Positions 29,601 to 39,200 of a stretch of 64,000 nucleotides of DNA are shown in pieces; the stretch's first letter is position 1, and each line of letters opens with the position of its first letter. Source of the DNA: Giardia intestinalis (Eukaryota); the NCBI GenBank assembly GCA_000002435.2, contig CM018792.1, one strand, 5' to 3'. The notes beneath the pieces were generated by a model. The model did not search any database. It was not told the DNA's origin and saw only the letters and a list, made by a program, of their open reading frames with translations. Position numbers and translations under genes: made by a program.

Positions 29601-31587
29601 ACGGCACAGAGGCCCCAGGAATAAACGAAGCGATTGCAAATGGAAGCAGTGAAATCAGAAATTCCTCAGTTGCAGTTGCGGGTAAAAATGAGCGCAAAAG
29701 GTCTTTGTGCTCCTCGCTAAAATCGATAACCATGTAACCATCGTGGCTAGCAGAGAAAATAGTATCTAATGAAAATAAAAATGCAAAGCAGGAGGCAAAT
29801 AGCTTACTCGTCATGCTCGACTCATGCTGTTGAAGACCAACCATATTACTTAGGTGCAGGTGTCGGCGAAACAATAAGAGCAATAATTGAGTGGCAAGGG
29901 GAACCATTGTATATGTTTCCGATATTGAAGAAGAGTCCTGAGTGTAGCATTCTTCTGAATTGACGGGGATTGGTGCAGATGATTTATCTTCTAGACAGTG
30001 CAAAACATAAAGTAATTGGATGCCGGAAAGAATTGTGTGCAATAACCTTACGCTGAGTAATTCTGAGCACAGCTCATCCATTAGTACTGCCGAAGTGCCC
30101 ACTGGATTTGAAAGGAACTCCGTCAAGACTTGCATCAGCCTGCAATAAGCATTGACAGCCTGCCTAAGAAGGGCATGCTGCGAAGTGTCCATCCGTGCGT
30201 CTCTTAGCATCAAGTGCAGATGCTTAGAGTGATGCTTGCTTGCATGTGTTATGTGAGCTATGATATCAGTTACATGTGTATTATTTTGAGAAACGGCACT
30301 TGGCACAGGAGAGGGATCAGATTTGAGGGATCGCCATGTGTAATCTAGAGCATGCACACATACAGCTAGATAGCAAGTCACATTAAGTGAAGATAAAGCA
30401 GCAAGGCCACTAGCTTCTGCACAAAGAGAGATATTGTGCTGTAAGGACGAAGGAGACGAGCTGTAGGAACTGACAAGTTCGGCACACACTCTGCCATAAT
30501 CCGCATGCAGCCAATCATCAAAGTAGGCAAACACAACGTGAATAAGTACGAAACGCTTGTATGCCTTCATATAAATTCTATTCGTAAATGCAGACAGTTT
30601 TCTCAGTGTATCGTGGGCATACAATGTATCTAGTATACTCTTAGATACTTCAGACACGCTGCCGAGCCGTTGCCCCTCCACCTGGTTAGGCAGACCAAGG
30701 CCCGCTGCCAAGTGGCAAAAGTGCGAGCCCCTGTTTGCAACCAGAGCAGCCAGGCTGTCCGGGGCGATACATGCAGAAAAAAGCCCCACCAATACCGTTG
30801 CGTTACGTAGCTCCGCCGCAGCCACACCGTTAATCCTGTCGGTTACGGCCTGCACATCAGAAAGCCTGCACATCAGAGAGTCGGCGTCGGCCAACTTGCG
30901 CGCCCGCCTGCATGTGAGAAGCACCTGGAAAGTGTCGCTCGCTGTAAGAAGCCTGGGGAAGGCCGCCGGGTCAGCGGGGGGCAGCCACGGATTGGCCGAC
31001 GAAGCGGCTCGATGGGCTGCGAACGCGCATGCGTCAGCCCGCAGAATCTCCAGCAGCGGAAGGCAAGCGCTGAAAGGCTCTCCGCAGCCCTTGCCAAAGC
31101 CCAGCAGCATGCACAGCAGCGCTGTACCACACGCATAAACGCTCAGAAACGGAGCTGCGTCAGTGCCCAGGGGAGCGGTCAAGACGTCCCGCACAGTGCC
31201 TACGCCCCCGATGACACAGAGCTCCGCAAGGGCTGCTCCGAATGTGGTGGCGTCGAGTAAATGCGCGCACACAAGGCACAGCAGCAGCCTTGTTGTAGGC
31301 CAGTTGAGGACGCATTCGCTGCTCTCCGGCTGGAGGTCCAGAATCCAGAGGACGTACGGCTGCTCCACCCCGAGCTGTAGGTCTGACAGCAGGACGATCC
31401 GCTCCAGCCTCTCGGGCCCCTCCCCCGCTGTGCGTATTGCAAGGCTCGCTGCGAAGGCACACGAGACAGGGCTGCGCCGTGCATCCTCGAGCAGGCCGTC
31501 ACTCAGCGCCAGCAGCTCCGCATCCTGCACGACGCCGCCGGTGGCGTGGTAGTTCGCCATCAGGGAGCGCAACGAAGACGCAAGCAT
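23686..31587 (-). CDS. PI3K-related protein kinase (PIKK family; ATM/ATR/TOR-like), about 2633 aa, with a FATC-like C-terminus.
   Basis: The kinase N-lobe is RLILKCGEDTVADYAVMQF. The catalytic loop is GLGDRHSCNILID. The activation segment is VHFIDFEAVFEY...VPFRLT. The C-terminus ...CMFGGWMAFL is FATC-like. The region upstream is helical-repeat (HEAT/FAT-like). The track start 31644 is TTG and the first ATG is at 31587. The first roughly 280 codons lie inside a GC-rich island, so the true start is uncertain. Confidence 0.85.
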   Translation of the reverse strand: MLASSLRSLMANYHATGGVVQDAELLALSDGLLEDARRSPVSCAFAASLAIRTAGEGPERLERIVLLSDLQLGVEQPYVLWILDLQPESSECVLNWPTTRLLLCLVCAHLLDATTFGAALAELCVIGGVGTVRDVLTAPLGTDAAPFLSVYACGTALLCMLLGFGKGCGEPFSACLPLLEILRADACAFAAHRAASSANPWLPPADPAAFPRLLTASDTFQVLLTCRRARKLADADSLMCRLSDVQAVTDRINGVAAAELRNATVLVGLFSACIAPDSLAALVANRGSHFCHLAAGLGLPNQVEGQRLGSVSEVSKSILDTLYAHDTLRKLSAFTNRIYMKAYKRFVLIHVVFAYFDDWLHADYGRVCAELVSSYSSSPSSLQHNISLCAEASGLAALSSLNVTCYLAVCVHALDYTWRSLKSDPSPVPSAVSQNNTHVTDIIAHITHASKHHSKHLHLMLRDARMDTSQHALLRQAVNAYCRLMQVLTEFLSNPVGTSAVLMDELCSELLSVRLLHTILSGIQLLYVLHCLEDKSSAPIPVNSEECYTQDSSSISETYTMVPLATQLLLLLFRRHLHLSNMVGLQQHESSMTSKLFASCFAFLFSLDTIFSASHDGYMVIDFSEEHKDLLRSFLPATATEEFLISLLPFAIASFIPGASVPSDFVSLYLKQISQLYDTNPRVQSYYKLICRIADSCHTVATLNQSAQTSRYMLAYIFFQYFLVQVCGEKYHLITTTISELCMEQICKQTSVAFCLFSSAYLPSLIINLYLPLSRTALSKELALLCVESRTPVMMSYPRLSVEDFVTVTGALAILSCVDSTIASALAYHASPKDLSLSDATLHDALVVAILFLTVLYADTEALAGAKTLKKVELVTSSIKAIKELVALPIFANVKPHKLFSEGIESYNGATAHIFRLLSVIFILMTALFSFSRDVLHRVQLLHTLVSSKKKGSAPAEMPISIFANLSNYTGFLFRITSLCHMKPLLGSICYREAYIDDEPKAPDVVALWNRLKVMYLQVIIYGIHTPVILESLLDYFGIFFYAVSTLVPGFLYTQLAVDMFLTLEEVIDTDQNNSIFTIYWLGYIRLLLEHSGETLTQLIELIIDGRRISEETKRVARLLVSIYRKENEMRHTQLYSSVDSQLHDVDDPAAVLALLELLVDASHTPCEFLWRVLIPLVIHVLNGLFVRSYLSLLITLLPHGANLFDQRGMLQIRGGGTPLAHLLLYIKAYQGRIENTKLKQSAEQVLKTYGTLLDYRTLNPSNGPRDSQKGPEGKVTRGSCGYFTDFITRVIEGGDLYAASCITELNEYFSTLGEDQKTVYISSKIYQRMQSFVELLPIVIRDTEKRHLLNTSLVITNASSFFAIFIDLFLKLLQKGVTQKNIKLAPEAQKHMAHVSDLWAIVEPYINVSQAIGAAFYDALLSLLLEYSDLSLLIDGIGRFLALFFAALITDHCKLVEHIESHFISSLYVTSVETLYSTIPSSDRLTNSNEKDCLAELEQDEPSMRDTLIGDVLDLRRFVAMKQIIELVAFQPYRFSKNSMELLHQIRISDEAIELDVISSFLIKTHFRKYFEEQEAASSWQTLVAELSPEVDRTLYMSRLDSSFEDSMSLTRTAPKTAQKPSVDYLTFLSGHSMLVGNPLRAIMIAGVYWAANEVTYKGVFVDILQYISRSYATVFSICFLKVFRPDAFFSILTLLAEGATDHLSTIATERKNAVMVLRTGVINKLIAGSAEQQKLIYNQDINDTSSNAQLVDRFYGISYTLLGSLYAAVSSYPLHDSFSIPQWRLHNNVINGVPESHTSCGTTATSIVTIRNLLHQYSNMLLRVSMWTELTQFLREQDFFDQMLLALDQFPANTHAHFIAQLRRHKSLLFQHNCQFLYKQILNLACARYRECRYTDLSVRLLVHEFIDNNLFDFAEDTQSFIIEAMFGELMVDLDGIEGKNSSIVSMSTRCSFVGNMYSALATYTFILAIIHRMLFRRPLGGPDSFSKADCWSRFYQKCLVTALSAWMLVVCSLTKLLAYNAQLLMDSNEKNKVSVSFLTSSLLYFAPATDFCLCMDKHQKVAGTIIELIEGTIGSGAGAASDEQKGIPGVEAHVLNFLLALGLDTLITEANEKLTEIIEGSPAILLQNQFHNICSMVIRLCDTKINLIAVEYSSMSVDVMKNHILNVIAKKLIPYSAHFDIAIRQFGVHMNRDYSLEEEALRHPVFNSLIKRIFAVLEAHEVYNPAYTRYIIFSTTMTNVLKYMQLEYAKKSLNTSKECLLPHIISGSFFLIPTLEAISSLREFEYSMTTDKRSPHQIDNHTECVSVLEHYYEYYSSRYAASYVTMVRHFSSKRAPLLFRMSRTKNDHGTRLILKCGEDTVADYAVMQFTEELAKCSVNTFFKPYFVAVLINIPKNQVSIIEHIDGNVVPIDELLTPVFMGAKTKAAEFINEQEPNEDGCFPTFDLFMASVTALSHMEMALSKTHPCRFIALSQKNQRMFATTLAHWCAVCIVTGLGDRHSCNILIDTDDGSVHFIDFEAVFEYPKLLSYAELVPFRLTALIAQLLGPTGIHGCFYWELVKMVSLIQENAPAFINVFYPLAIVRASLGYVRQVKEMLETQRAEEIVNAALAQAADSSRLSCMFGGWMAFL

Positions 31588-32192
31588 GAGCCCTTCTCGG
31601 CAGCCTCTTCGGTTGTCCGCCTGTCCGGGAATTATTCTTGCCAAATTGCATACGATTGCATTTTGAGATTTCGTCTCCTTCCTTGGTGGACTGGAGCTTC
31701 AGCGTAGCGTCGTGTCTCCCAGGCCCGTCCACGCAGTGGCAGGCTACAGAGCCCGTTTGGCTGTCGCACAATGCACTGGTCTACCGGGCACGCTGGGCAG
31801 CATCTTAGCGCCTCCGACGACGAGGAGCCACTGGCCCCTGGACTGCACCACTACGTCACCTATCGGGCACGCGCATGCTTCTTTCCGGGCCCCGTCCATC
31901 CAGCTGCCAGCCCCGGAGGCGGAGCAAGTCGGGAGACACCCCTCTGGCGAGAGCACGACGGACAGCAAGGGCCGGCAGCCTTGCCACGGTTGCCCTCCTC
32001 GGCAGAGAGCCCGGGCCATCGCCCACTCCCCGCGGTCTCCGAAGAGCGCTCGCCTCCTGGTCCACCGGTCCGCATGCGCATCTATTTGCCACGCTCTAGC
32101 AACGAAGGCCCTCACCGGTCTGGCTATCCTGCACTCGACGTGGAAGGTGTTTACATGCGTAATGCACCGGCCGTGGACCAAATCTTAACTTT

Positions 32193-33521
32193 ATGGCGCC
32201 CAGGGCGTCGTCGCCGGCGGAGGCTCCCTCCTTCCCGTCTGTGTCCTCTGCGCTGCAGATGCTTGTGCGGCCGCCTGTTCCAGCGTCAACAGGCGGGCAT
32301 GACCCCGGTGGAGCGAGTCGTCTCCGAGAGGGGCGCAGGGCCTGCGACCTGCGTTCTAGGCTGGGCCTTCTTCTGGGCCAGGCTGACGCGATGTCGGGGA
32401 GAAGCCGAGTGGGCCCGGAGACGCACTGCGCAAGGCTCCACCAGCTTCTAGCGCGGCTCGCAAGGCTGCAGGAAACAGACCGCTTGCTGGACGCCATTGA
32501 GTGTTCGAGTGCCTGCATGGCACAGATCAGCGACCCGGCCTGCCTCCGGTGCCTTCTTCGCGCACACTCCGCCCTAAGCATATCCCCGCCTCCGGCTGGC
32601 CGTGGCGTCTCTCTAGAGAGGCAGCGGCAGTGCATGGCGTCGTCCATCTGTGAGCACTTTTCAGCAGGAATCCGAGGGGCGCTGGACAGGATCCTTGCTT
32701 CGCGCCTCCGCGCCTACCACGAGACGCGCGCTCAAGCGCATCTTACGAAGCCAGAGGCCTCCGACCAACTGGCTAGCCTCCTGTCCGGCCTCCGCGTGGA
32801 GGATGCTGCCCCCATTTCGGCGCACTGGAGCGACCAGCTCTTCTACACGGCTCTCTGCCGCGAAGCAGCCGTTGTCTGCGAGTCCCTGTCTTCACTTGCC
32901 CTTTCGGTGTCGGAACAGGTTAGGCGCTGTATGCACTTGGGCGACAGCGGACCTTTGACTGCGCTGCTCCACGCCGCCAGGTCTTTCGTTTCTGCGTGCG
33001 AGCACGCCTTTTCTGTGTCCTTCCCGACTGGGCTGATGAGTGAGAGCGGAGAGGCAGGCCTTTTGCTGGGCGGGATCGAAGAGACGGGGCCCTACTTTTC
33101 TGCGCGATTGAAGCTGGCCCGGGCAAGGGGGCGGCCTCGTTTAATCGGGCGGCTGTTCGGTTGGTCCGCTGCGTCCCCCATCGAGGCATATGTAGAGCGT
33201 ATTCGTCAAAACTTCAGCGGCCCTGCAGCATGGGCTCCTCCCTACCCAGAGCCGGGCCAGAGCCTTGTGTCTGACAGCTCTGCTGCGAGGCGGTGGCACA
33301 CTACCGGCGCAGGCCAGCTCTTCGTCGACTTCCTTGTTTTGTTTCTGGGGTCAATCTTTGATGCATTTACTCTCGGGGATCAGATTGCAACCTTCCCCTC
33401 TATAGGCCTGTATCTCAGCAACAATCCAGTGGCGGAGGAAGGCGGGCTATTCGCACGGGTCTTCGCTACATACTCAGGAATGGTTGCCAGTGAAGCAGGA
33501 GGTCTAAGGGCTATCGAGTAG
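32193..33521 (+). CDS. Hypothetical protein (442 aa) inside the GC-rich island.
   Basis: True ATG at 32193 with aaatcttaactttATG upstream. The amino-acid composition is not purely Arg/Pro/Ala/Gly. No similarity I recognise. GC-rich DNA leaves many frames open, so caution is needed. Confidence 0.4.
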   Translation: MAPRASSPAEAPSFPSVSSALQMLVRPPVPASTGGHDPGGASRLREGRRACDLRSRLGLLLGQADAMSGRSRVGPETHCARLHQLLARLARLQETDRLLDAIECSSACMAQISDPACLRCLLRAHSALSISPPPAGRGVSLERQRQCMASSICEHFSAGIRGALDRILASRLRAYHETRAQAHLTKPEASDQLASLLSGLRVEDAAPISAHWSDQLFYTALCREAAVVCESLSSLALSVSEQVRRCMHLGDSGPLTALLHAARSFVSACEHAFSVSFPTGLMSESGEAGLLLGGIEETGPYFSARLKLARARGRPRLIGRLFGWSAASPIEAYVERIRQNFSGPAAWAPPYPEPGQSLVSDSSAARRWHTTGAGQLFVDFLVLFLGSIFDAFTLGDQIATFPSIGLYLSNNPVAEEGGLFARVFATYSGMVASEAGGLRAIE

Positions 33522-33820
33522 AGCCATTACTCTGTCCCGATGAGCCGATCCCACCTCGCACCCGTCGCCCGTGCAGCGCCGTCCCTCCGGGCACACGACA
33601 GGGCGCCTCGTGTGCGACCAGGCCAGCGGGCTTCTCCCAGGGGCAGCCCTCGGAGTGGGAGTCTCAGAGAGGAGGCCGCCGGGGCACCCCCACCCGCTGC
33701 ACGCAATCCGGTCCACACCACAGCCTCTCTACTGATACCCCTGTTCGTGGTGAGCGCGCTTGCAGTAACCTACCAGACCGGCAAGTGCGAGACGGTCGGT
33801 AGCACAGAGATCTGCACCCA

Positions 33821-35776
33821 GTGCAGGGCCGGGGCGTCCCGGTCGACGGCTTCTGCCGGCCCCCCGGCTCCATCCAGGCCGCGGCAGCCGGGTGCACCAA
33901 AGCGGGTGGGGCTGCCCTCGATAAGACGGCAACCACCTGCGGAAAGTGCGGCGATGGGTACTTCCTCTTCATGGGCGGGTGCTACAAGACAGAGAGTCAG
34001 CCCGGCAGCGAGATATGCACAACAGCCAGTAATGGACTGTGCACTGCTTGTAACACAGATAGTCAGTACATATTCCAGAACCCTGCTGCACCATCAGAGA
34101 AGGGTAGCGAGTGCATCTTGTGCTGGGATACTACAGATAGAAACGGGGTCATGAGAGTGGATAACTGTCTCAAGTGCACGGCACCTGGTGGCAATACAGG
34201 AGCTGCTAAGTGCACTGCCTGCACAGAGGGACACTTCCTACACACAGATGGGACGTGCCAGGCATGCGGCGCCGGTTGCTCCGAGTGCACGTCCAACACA
34301 GTGTGCACGCACTGCATACCTGGAAGGTACCTGAAAACTGGTGGCAGCTGTGTCGGTGATAACGGCTGTGACGCACAACACTATGCAGACCCGCAGAGCG
34401 GAGAGTGCAAGTCGTGCCCCACTGATACAGCGATACCGGAGTGCACCGCGTGTGCATACAATGATACCCTCAAGAAGCCCGTATGCAGCGAGTGCGACAG
34501 TGGACAAGCAAAGAATCTTCTCAAGAAGAAGGTCGACGGGACTGCGGAGTGCGTCGATGCTGCTGGGTGCGCAACTGTCGGACAGGACGGGACGCACTTT
34601 CGAAGTGACGGAGATACCAAGTGTATACTGTGCGGTGATAGCAGTGGGTCTGGCAACGACCAGGGCATAGCAGACTGCGAGATGTGTAGCAAGGAAGCCT
34701 CTCAGAAGCCGGTGTGTAAAGCATGCCTCCCTGGATTCTACTTGAGTAGCACTTGCAAGCCCTGTGCAGGAAACTGCGCAAAGTGTGGCTCAACAGGAAA
34801 CATACAGGACTGCACTGAATGCATGCCAGGGTACTTTCTAAAAACCGAGGGTGTAACAAAGGAGTGCGTCCCTTGTAGTGACACAGCCAAAGGTGGCATC
34901 GATGGATGCAGTGTCTGCTCGAATGATGGCAATACTTTCAAGTGCACTGACTGTAAGCCTAACTATAAGAAGCAGCCCAATGGAGGAGCAGGGGATGACT
35001 ATACGTGTGTGAAGGTGTGTGAAGACCCCACTGCCTGCGGGGGGACAGCTGGCTCTTGTGATGCAATAGTGATCGACAATGATGGAGTAGAGCATCACTA
35101 CTGTTCATACTGTGGGGAGAGTACTAAGGTACCAATTGATGGCATCTGTGCTACTGATAAGAAAGGTAATACTTGTAACAGTCATACATGTACACAGTGT
35201 GCTCAAGGGTACTTCTTATACATGAATGGCTGTTACAAGGTTGATACAGAACCAGGAAGCCTCATGTGCTCGAAAGCAACAACAGCTGGTGTCTGCACTA
35301 CTCCCAATGCCAACAATAGGTACTTCATAGTCCCAGAGGCAAAGGCTACTGATCAGTCTGTGTTGGCCTGTGGCAACCCCCTTGGCACACTAATAGGTAC
35401 TCAAGACAAAGCTAAGGCATACGTCGGGGTGGATGGCTGCTCCCAGTGTACAGCCCCGACACAGCTAGAGGCTCCTGGTATGACCTCCGCTGTGTGTACT
35501 GCCTGTGACAGTGGTAGGAAGCCCAACAAGGACGGCAGTGGGTGTGTGCTGTGCTCTGTGGGTGATTGTAAGAGCTGTGTGATGGATGATGTGTGTGGGG
35601 AGTGCAACAGTGGCTTCAGCCTAGACAGCAGTGGGGCCTCCTGCGTGTCCTCTGGCGCCAACAGGAGCGGGCTCTCCACGGGGGCCATCGCGGGGATCTC
35701 CGTCGCTGTCATCGTCGTCGTGGGGGGCCTCGTGGGCTTCCTCTGCTGGTGGTTCCTCTGCAGGGGGAAGGCATAA
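33821..35776 (+). CDS. Variant-specific surface protein (VSP), with an intact body but a disrupted 5' end.
   Basis: There are dozens of CXXC motifs, GYFLFMGGCYK and GYFLYMNGCYK (GGCY) motifs, and a C-terminal TM ending GFLCWWFLCRGKA-stop. The track start is GTG. The signal-peptide-like sequence SLLIPLFVVSALA and ...EICTQC lie upstream in another frame (33723-33830). Confidence 0.85.
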   Translation: MQGRGVPVDGFCRPPGSIQAAAAGCTKAGGAALDKTATTCGKCGDGYFLFMGGCYKTESQPGSEICTTASNGLCTACNTDSQYIFQNPAAPSEKGSECILCWDTTDRNGVMRVDNCLKCTAPGGNTGAAKCTACTEGHFLHTDGTCQACGAGCSECTSNTVCTHCIPGRYLKTGGSCVGDNGCDAQHYADPQSGECKSCPTDTAIPECTACAYNDTLKKPVCSECDSGQAKNLLKKKVDGTAECVDAAGCATVGQDGTHFRSDGDTKCILCGDSSGSGNDQGIADCEMCSKEASQKPVCKACLPGFYLSSTCKPCAGNCAKCGSTGNIQDCTECMPGYFLKTEGVTKECVPCSDTAKGGIDGCSVCSNDGNTFKCTDCKPNYKKQPNGGAGDDYTCVKVCEDPTACGGTAGSCDAIVIDNDGVEHHYCSYCGESTKVPIDGICATDKKGNTCNSHTCTQCAQGYFLYMNGCYKVDTEPGSLMCSKATTAGVCTTPNANNRYFIVPEAKATDQSVLACGNPLGTLIGTQDKAKAYVGVDGCSQCTAPTQLEAPGMTSAVCTACDSGRKPNKDGSGCVLCSVGDCKSCVMDDVCGECNSGFSLDSSGASCVSSGANRSGLSTGAIAGISVAVIVVVGGLVGFLCWWFLCRGKA

Positions 35777-35786
35777 GTACTTAGGT

Positions 35787-35793
35787 AGTGAAT
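35787..35793 (+). terminator. AGTGAAT, a Giardia-type AGTRAAY polyadenylation motif.
   Basis: It lies 11 nt downstream of the VSP TAA (35774-35776). Confidence 0.5.
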
Positions 35794-36203
35794 GCTCCGT
35801 TGGTGGTTAGTGCTCAGTGAGCGTCTGCTGTCCATCCACTCGGTGCTGTTCTGAGGGCAGTGTGCGCTGGGAGCGGTCTCCAGGGTCCTCCCGGCCGGGG
35901 CAGGGCAGGCGACAACGGAGCCACGTTTGCAAGGGACTGTATGAAGCATGAGAGTCTATGCAGGGGTGTGAATGGTAAAGAGGAGTATCTGTGTTTTAAA
36001 TAGCATCATAAGATGAGAAGGCATATATAATCAATGCTTGCTGATTAGCACTCCTTTAATAGCAGATAGCCATTACTAAAGAACCTAAAAAGAAGGCGAC
36101 ACCTCAAGGCTGAGACACGATAGACAGGCCCCATGACGAATTATTCGACCGCAGTTAACGAGCTTAAAGATTATTGAGCAGACCAATGTGAATAAACGGA
36201 AAA

Positions 36204-39200
36204 ATGGCTAGTCGAAAACCTAGCGAGCAGCCTCGAACCGGGACAGAGCAGATTAAAGAGCAACTTCTTGCTATCGAGCGAGCAGATGCTCTCTATGGGT
36301 GTTATAGAACAACGACCCCGGGAGTCTACCGAGGCTGGCTTTATAATCTCTACGAAACCGTTTTATTTGGCGACCCCAATGAGGCACGAATCCCTTCTGC
36401 TCAAAGTCCTCCACTTTATGCTGCCGTTGAGTGCTACTTTATGACCGCAGCCCTTGATTTATTCAAGATAATCATTCCTGTGAAACCTTACTTCTATATC
36501 CAGGCTCCTGTGGAGAATTACTTATTCATACAAGAGCGTCTCCTTTTACACTACCCTGACTTGCACATTGAGATGACGCTGATAGAGCGCAATGACTTGT
36601 CGGTCCAGAATCACATTGCTAATGATGGAATAGCTCACTTGCGTCTTTCCTTTGACAATCTCACTAATCTCCGCACTGTGTCTACAGCCCTACTTGGGTT
36701 ACTCCGCCAGAAAGAGCTTTCTGCTGTCGGTGATATTTATAACAAGGCTGGAATTGCCCGAATTACACCAAACACGGACATCAAATCCATTCCTCGAACA
36801 CTCAAGTCCCTCGTGGATTATATAGGTAACGTTTTGGAACACGATGTCAACCTGACCGCTCGGTTCCTTATAGATAATGAACTAACCATGTCGACATGGT
36901 ACAGCGTGACAGTAAAACCAGAGTTAGAAACTCCTTTACTAGAACGCCTAGAGGGTGGTGAATTTGAGCTCCCACCTGTTCCAAAGGTACTAGCCTATGA
37001 CATAGAGACAACAAAAAAGCCCCTTCGCTTCCCAAATGCGGAGGCTGGAGACCAAATAATGTGCATTTCATATATGTTTGATGATCAGGGGTATCTGCTA
37101 ATTAATCGTTCAATCTTCAGCAGAGATATAACTGATTTTGAATATACTCCAAAGCCCGAGTTCCCCGGAAAATTTGCCTGTTTCAACTTACCTACGGAGA
37201 AGGATCTCCTAATCTTTTTCTTCACACATATACGTACAGCCCGGCCGAACATTTTTGCAACATTCAACGGGGACTTCTTTGACTGGCCCTTTGTTGACGT
37301 TCGTGCAGCAGCCTATGGCATGGATTTGCTAGACGAGATTGGAGTTTTAAAATCTGAGTCCACTTCCCGTGCTGGACTTGTTGAGAAGCAATATTATGCA
37401 CGAGCTGTCCCCCATTTGGATTGTTTCAGATGGGTGCGTCGTGATTCCTACCTTCCCCAGGGCTCACAAGGCCTTAAAGCTGTCACACGGGCCAAACTGA
37501 AATATCATCCCGATGAGCTTTCTCCTGAGTTAATGGTTTCCTATGCCCAGACAGATCCGCAGGTTCTGGCTTCTTATTCTGTCTCTGATGCCGTTGCGAC
37601 ATACTATCTATATCGAAAATATGTACATCCATTCATTTTCGCACTGGGAACCATCTTACCCCTGAATCCAGATGACATTCTGCGGCGAGGAACAGGAACG
37701 CTTTGCGAGCACCTCCTCATGGTGGAAGCATACCAGGCTAATGTGCCGTTCCCCAATAAGCATAATGACCCGCTACTTCAGGTAGTGTTTGATGCAAATA
37801 AGGAAAAACGAATCTTACTTAATCAGACCTACGTCGGTGGCAAGGTGGAAGCAATAAATGCAGGTGTCTATAGAAACGACATTGCCTACGACTTCGGATA
37901 CTACAGTGAAGCCTTTAAGACTAGGAGGTTTGAAGGGTATGGATATCTGCTACGATACATAGACAGAGATCTGATTATTCAGCTTAATGTGAGCAAAGTG
38001 TGTAACGAACATACGAGCGCATACCAAAGTGTGCTCAACATACTTGAAGAGATAAGCTTGGAACAGAAGACGATTGAAAGTATATGTAAGAAGGATTCTC
38101 ATGCTTCAGCAACAGAATTATGTTTTTATAAAACGCCAAACAAAAACATTATCTGGCTGCCAGATACCTGGACTAAAGCCAGGGAGCGACTAAAAGAAAG
38201 ACTTTCAAAACCGTTTGAGTCTTATGGCAATCATGTTGACAACCTCATTAGGCATGTTGAGACTACTATCTGTTCCAATTATTCTGAAGTACGGAACTAT
38301 ATTATCGAAGGATTGGTTGCATGTAGCAATACCGTTACTTCCAAGCCCCTTCTCTATCACCTCGACGTTGCAGCTATGTATCCGAATATCATGTTAACAA
38401 ACAAGCTCCAGCCTACTGCTATTGTTGACCCAAATACAACTTGTGCTTCTTGCGACTTTAGCACTATTAAAGAGGCGCAAGTATGCCAGCGTATCATGGA
38501 ATGGGACTGGCGAGGGTCCTACTACCCACTCGACTTTTCAGAGTATCTGATGATAAAAAATCAAACAATCTCTCAGATTGGTGCTGACAGGTGGATGCAC
38601 GCTCTTACTGAATCTGAAAAGGCCAGACTCCTTCATGAGCGTTTAGAGACGTATTCCAAGAGCCAATATAAGCTAAAACAAAAGACCGAAGAGATGCGAA
38701 GGAAAACCATTGTATGTCAGCGTGAAAATAGCTTTTTCATAGATACAGTTCGAAAGTTTCGTGATCGTCGCTACCGGTTCAAGAGAGAGCAGAAAGACCA
38801 TTCCTTAAAGCTGAGTAAAGCAAAGAAACAGCTCACCGAATTAATGGAAGCAGGCCTTGAAGCGTCTGAAGATGCCCAAAATTTACGAAGGGAAATAGAC
38901 TCCCAAACTGGGCTGATAGTTTTAAAGGAGTCACTCCAATTGGCTCACAAATGCATTCTCAACTCCTTCTACGGATACGCCATGCGCAAAGGAAGCCGTT
39001 GGTATTCCCTTGAGATGGCTGCAGCCGTCACACATGCTGGTGCAACCATTATAAAGCGTGCACGGACCCTTATTGAAATGATTGGGTTTGTGCTAGAGCT
39101 GGACACGGATGGGATTTGGTGCTGTTTACCATCATCGTTTCCTGAAACCTGTACGTTTACTATTATCGATCCAGGAAACACTGATGCCCAAAGCAGCCGG

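Noticed and set aside
31163-32647. Many 60-230-aa ORFs on both strands in the 550-bp PIKK/32193 spacer and over the 32193 gene (for example 31771..32451, 31744..32181, 32096..32647).
   Set aside because: This is the GC-island open-frame artefact. The ORFs are mutually overlapping, with no initiator context and low-complexity translations.
35401-35949. 182-aa minus-strand ORF overlapping the VSP C-terminus and 3' flank. Similar ORFs 34063..34859 are antisense to the VSP.
   Set aside because: They are antisense to a Cys-codon-rich gene (TGY codons read as RCA on the opposite strand, so frames stay open). No start context.
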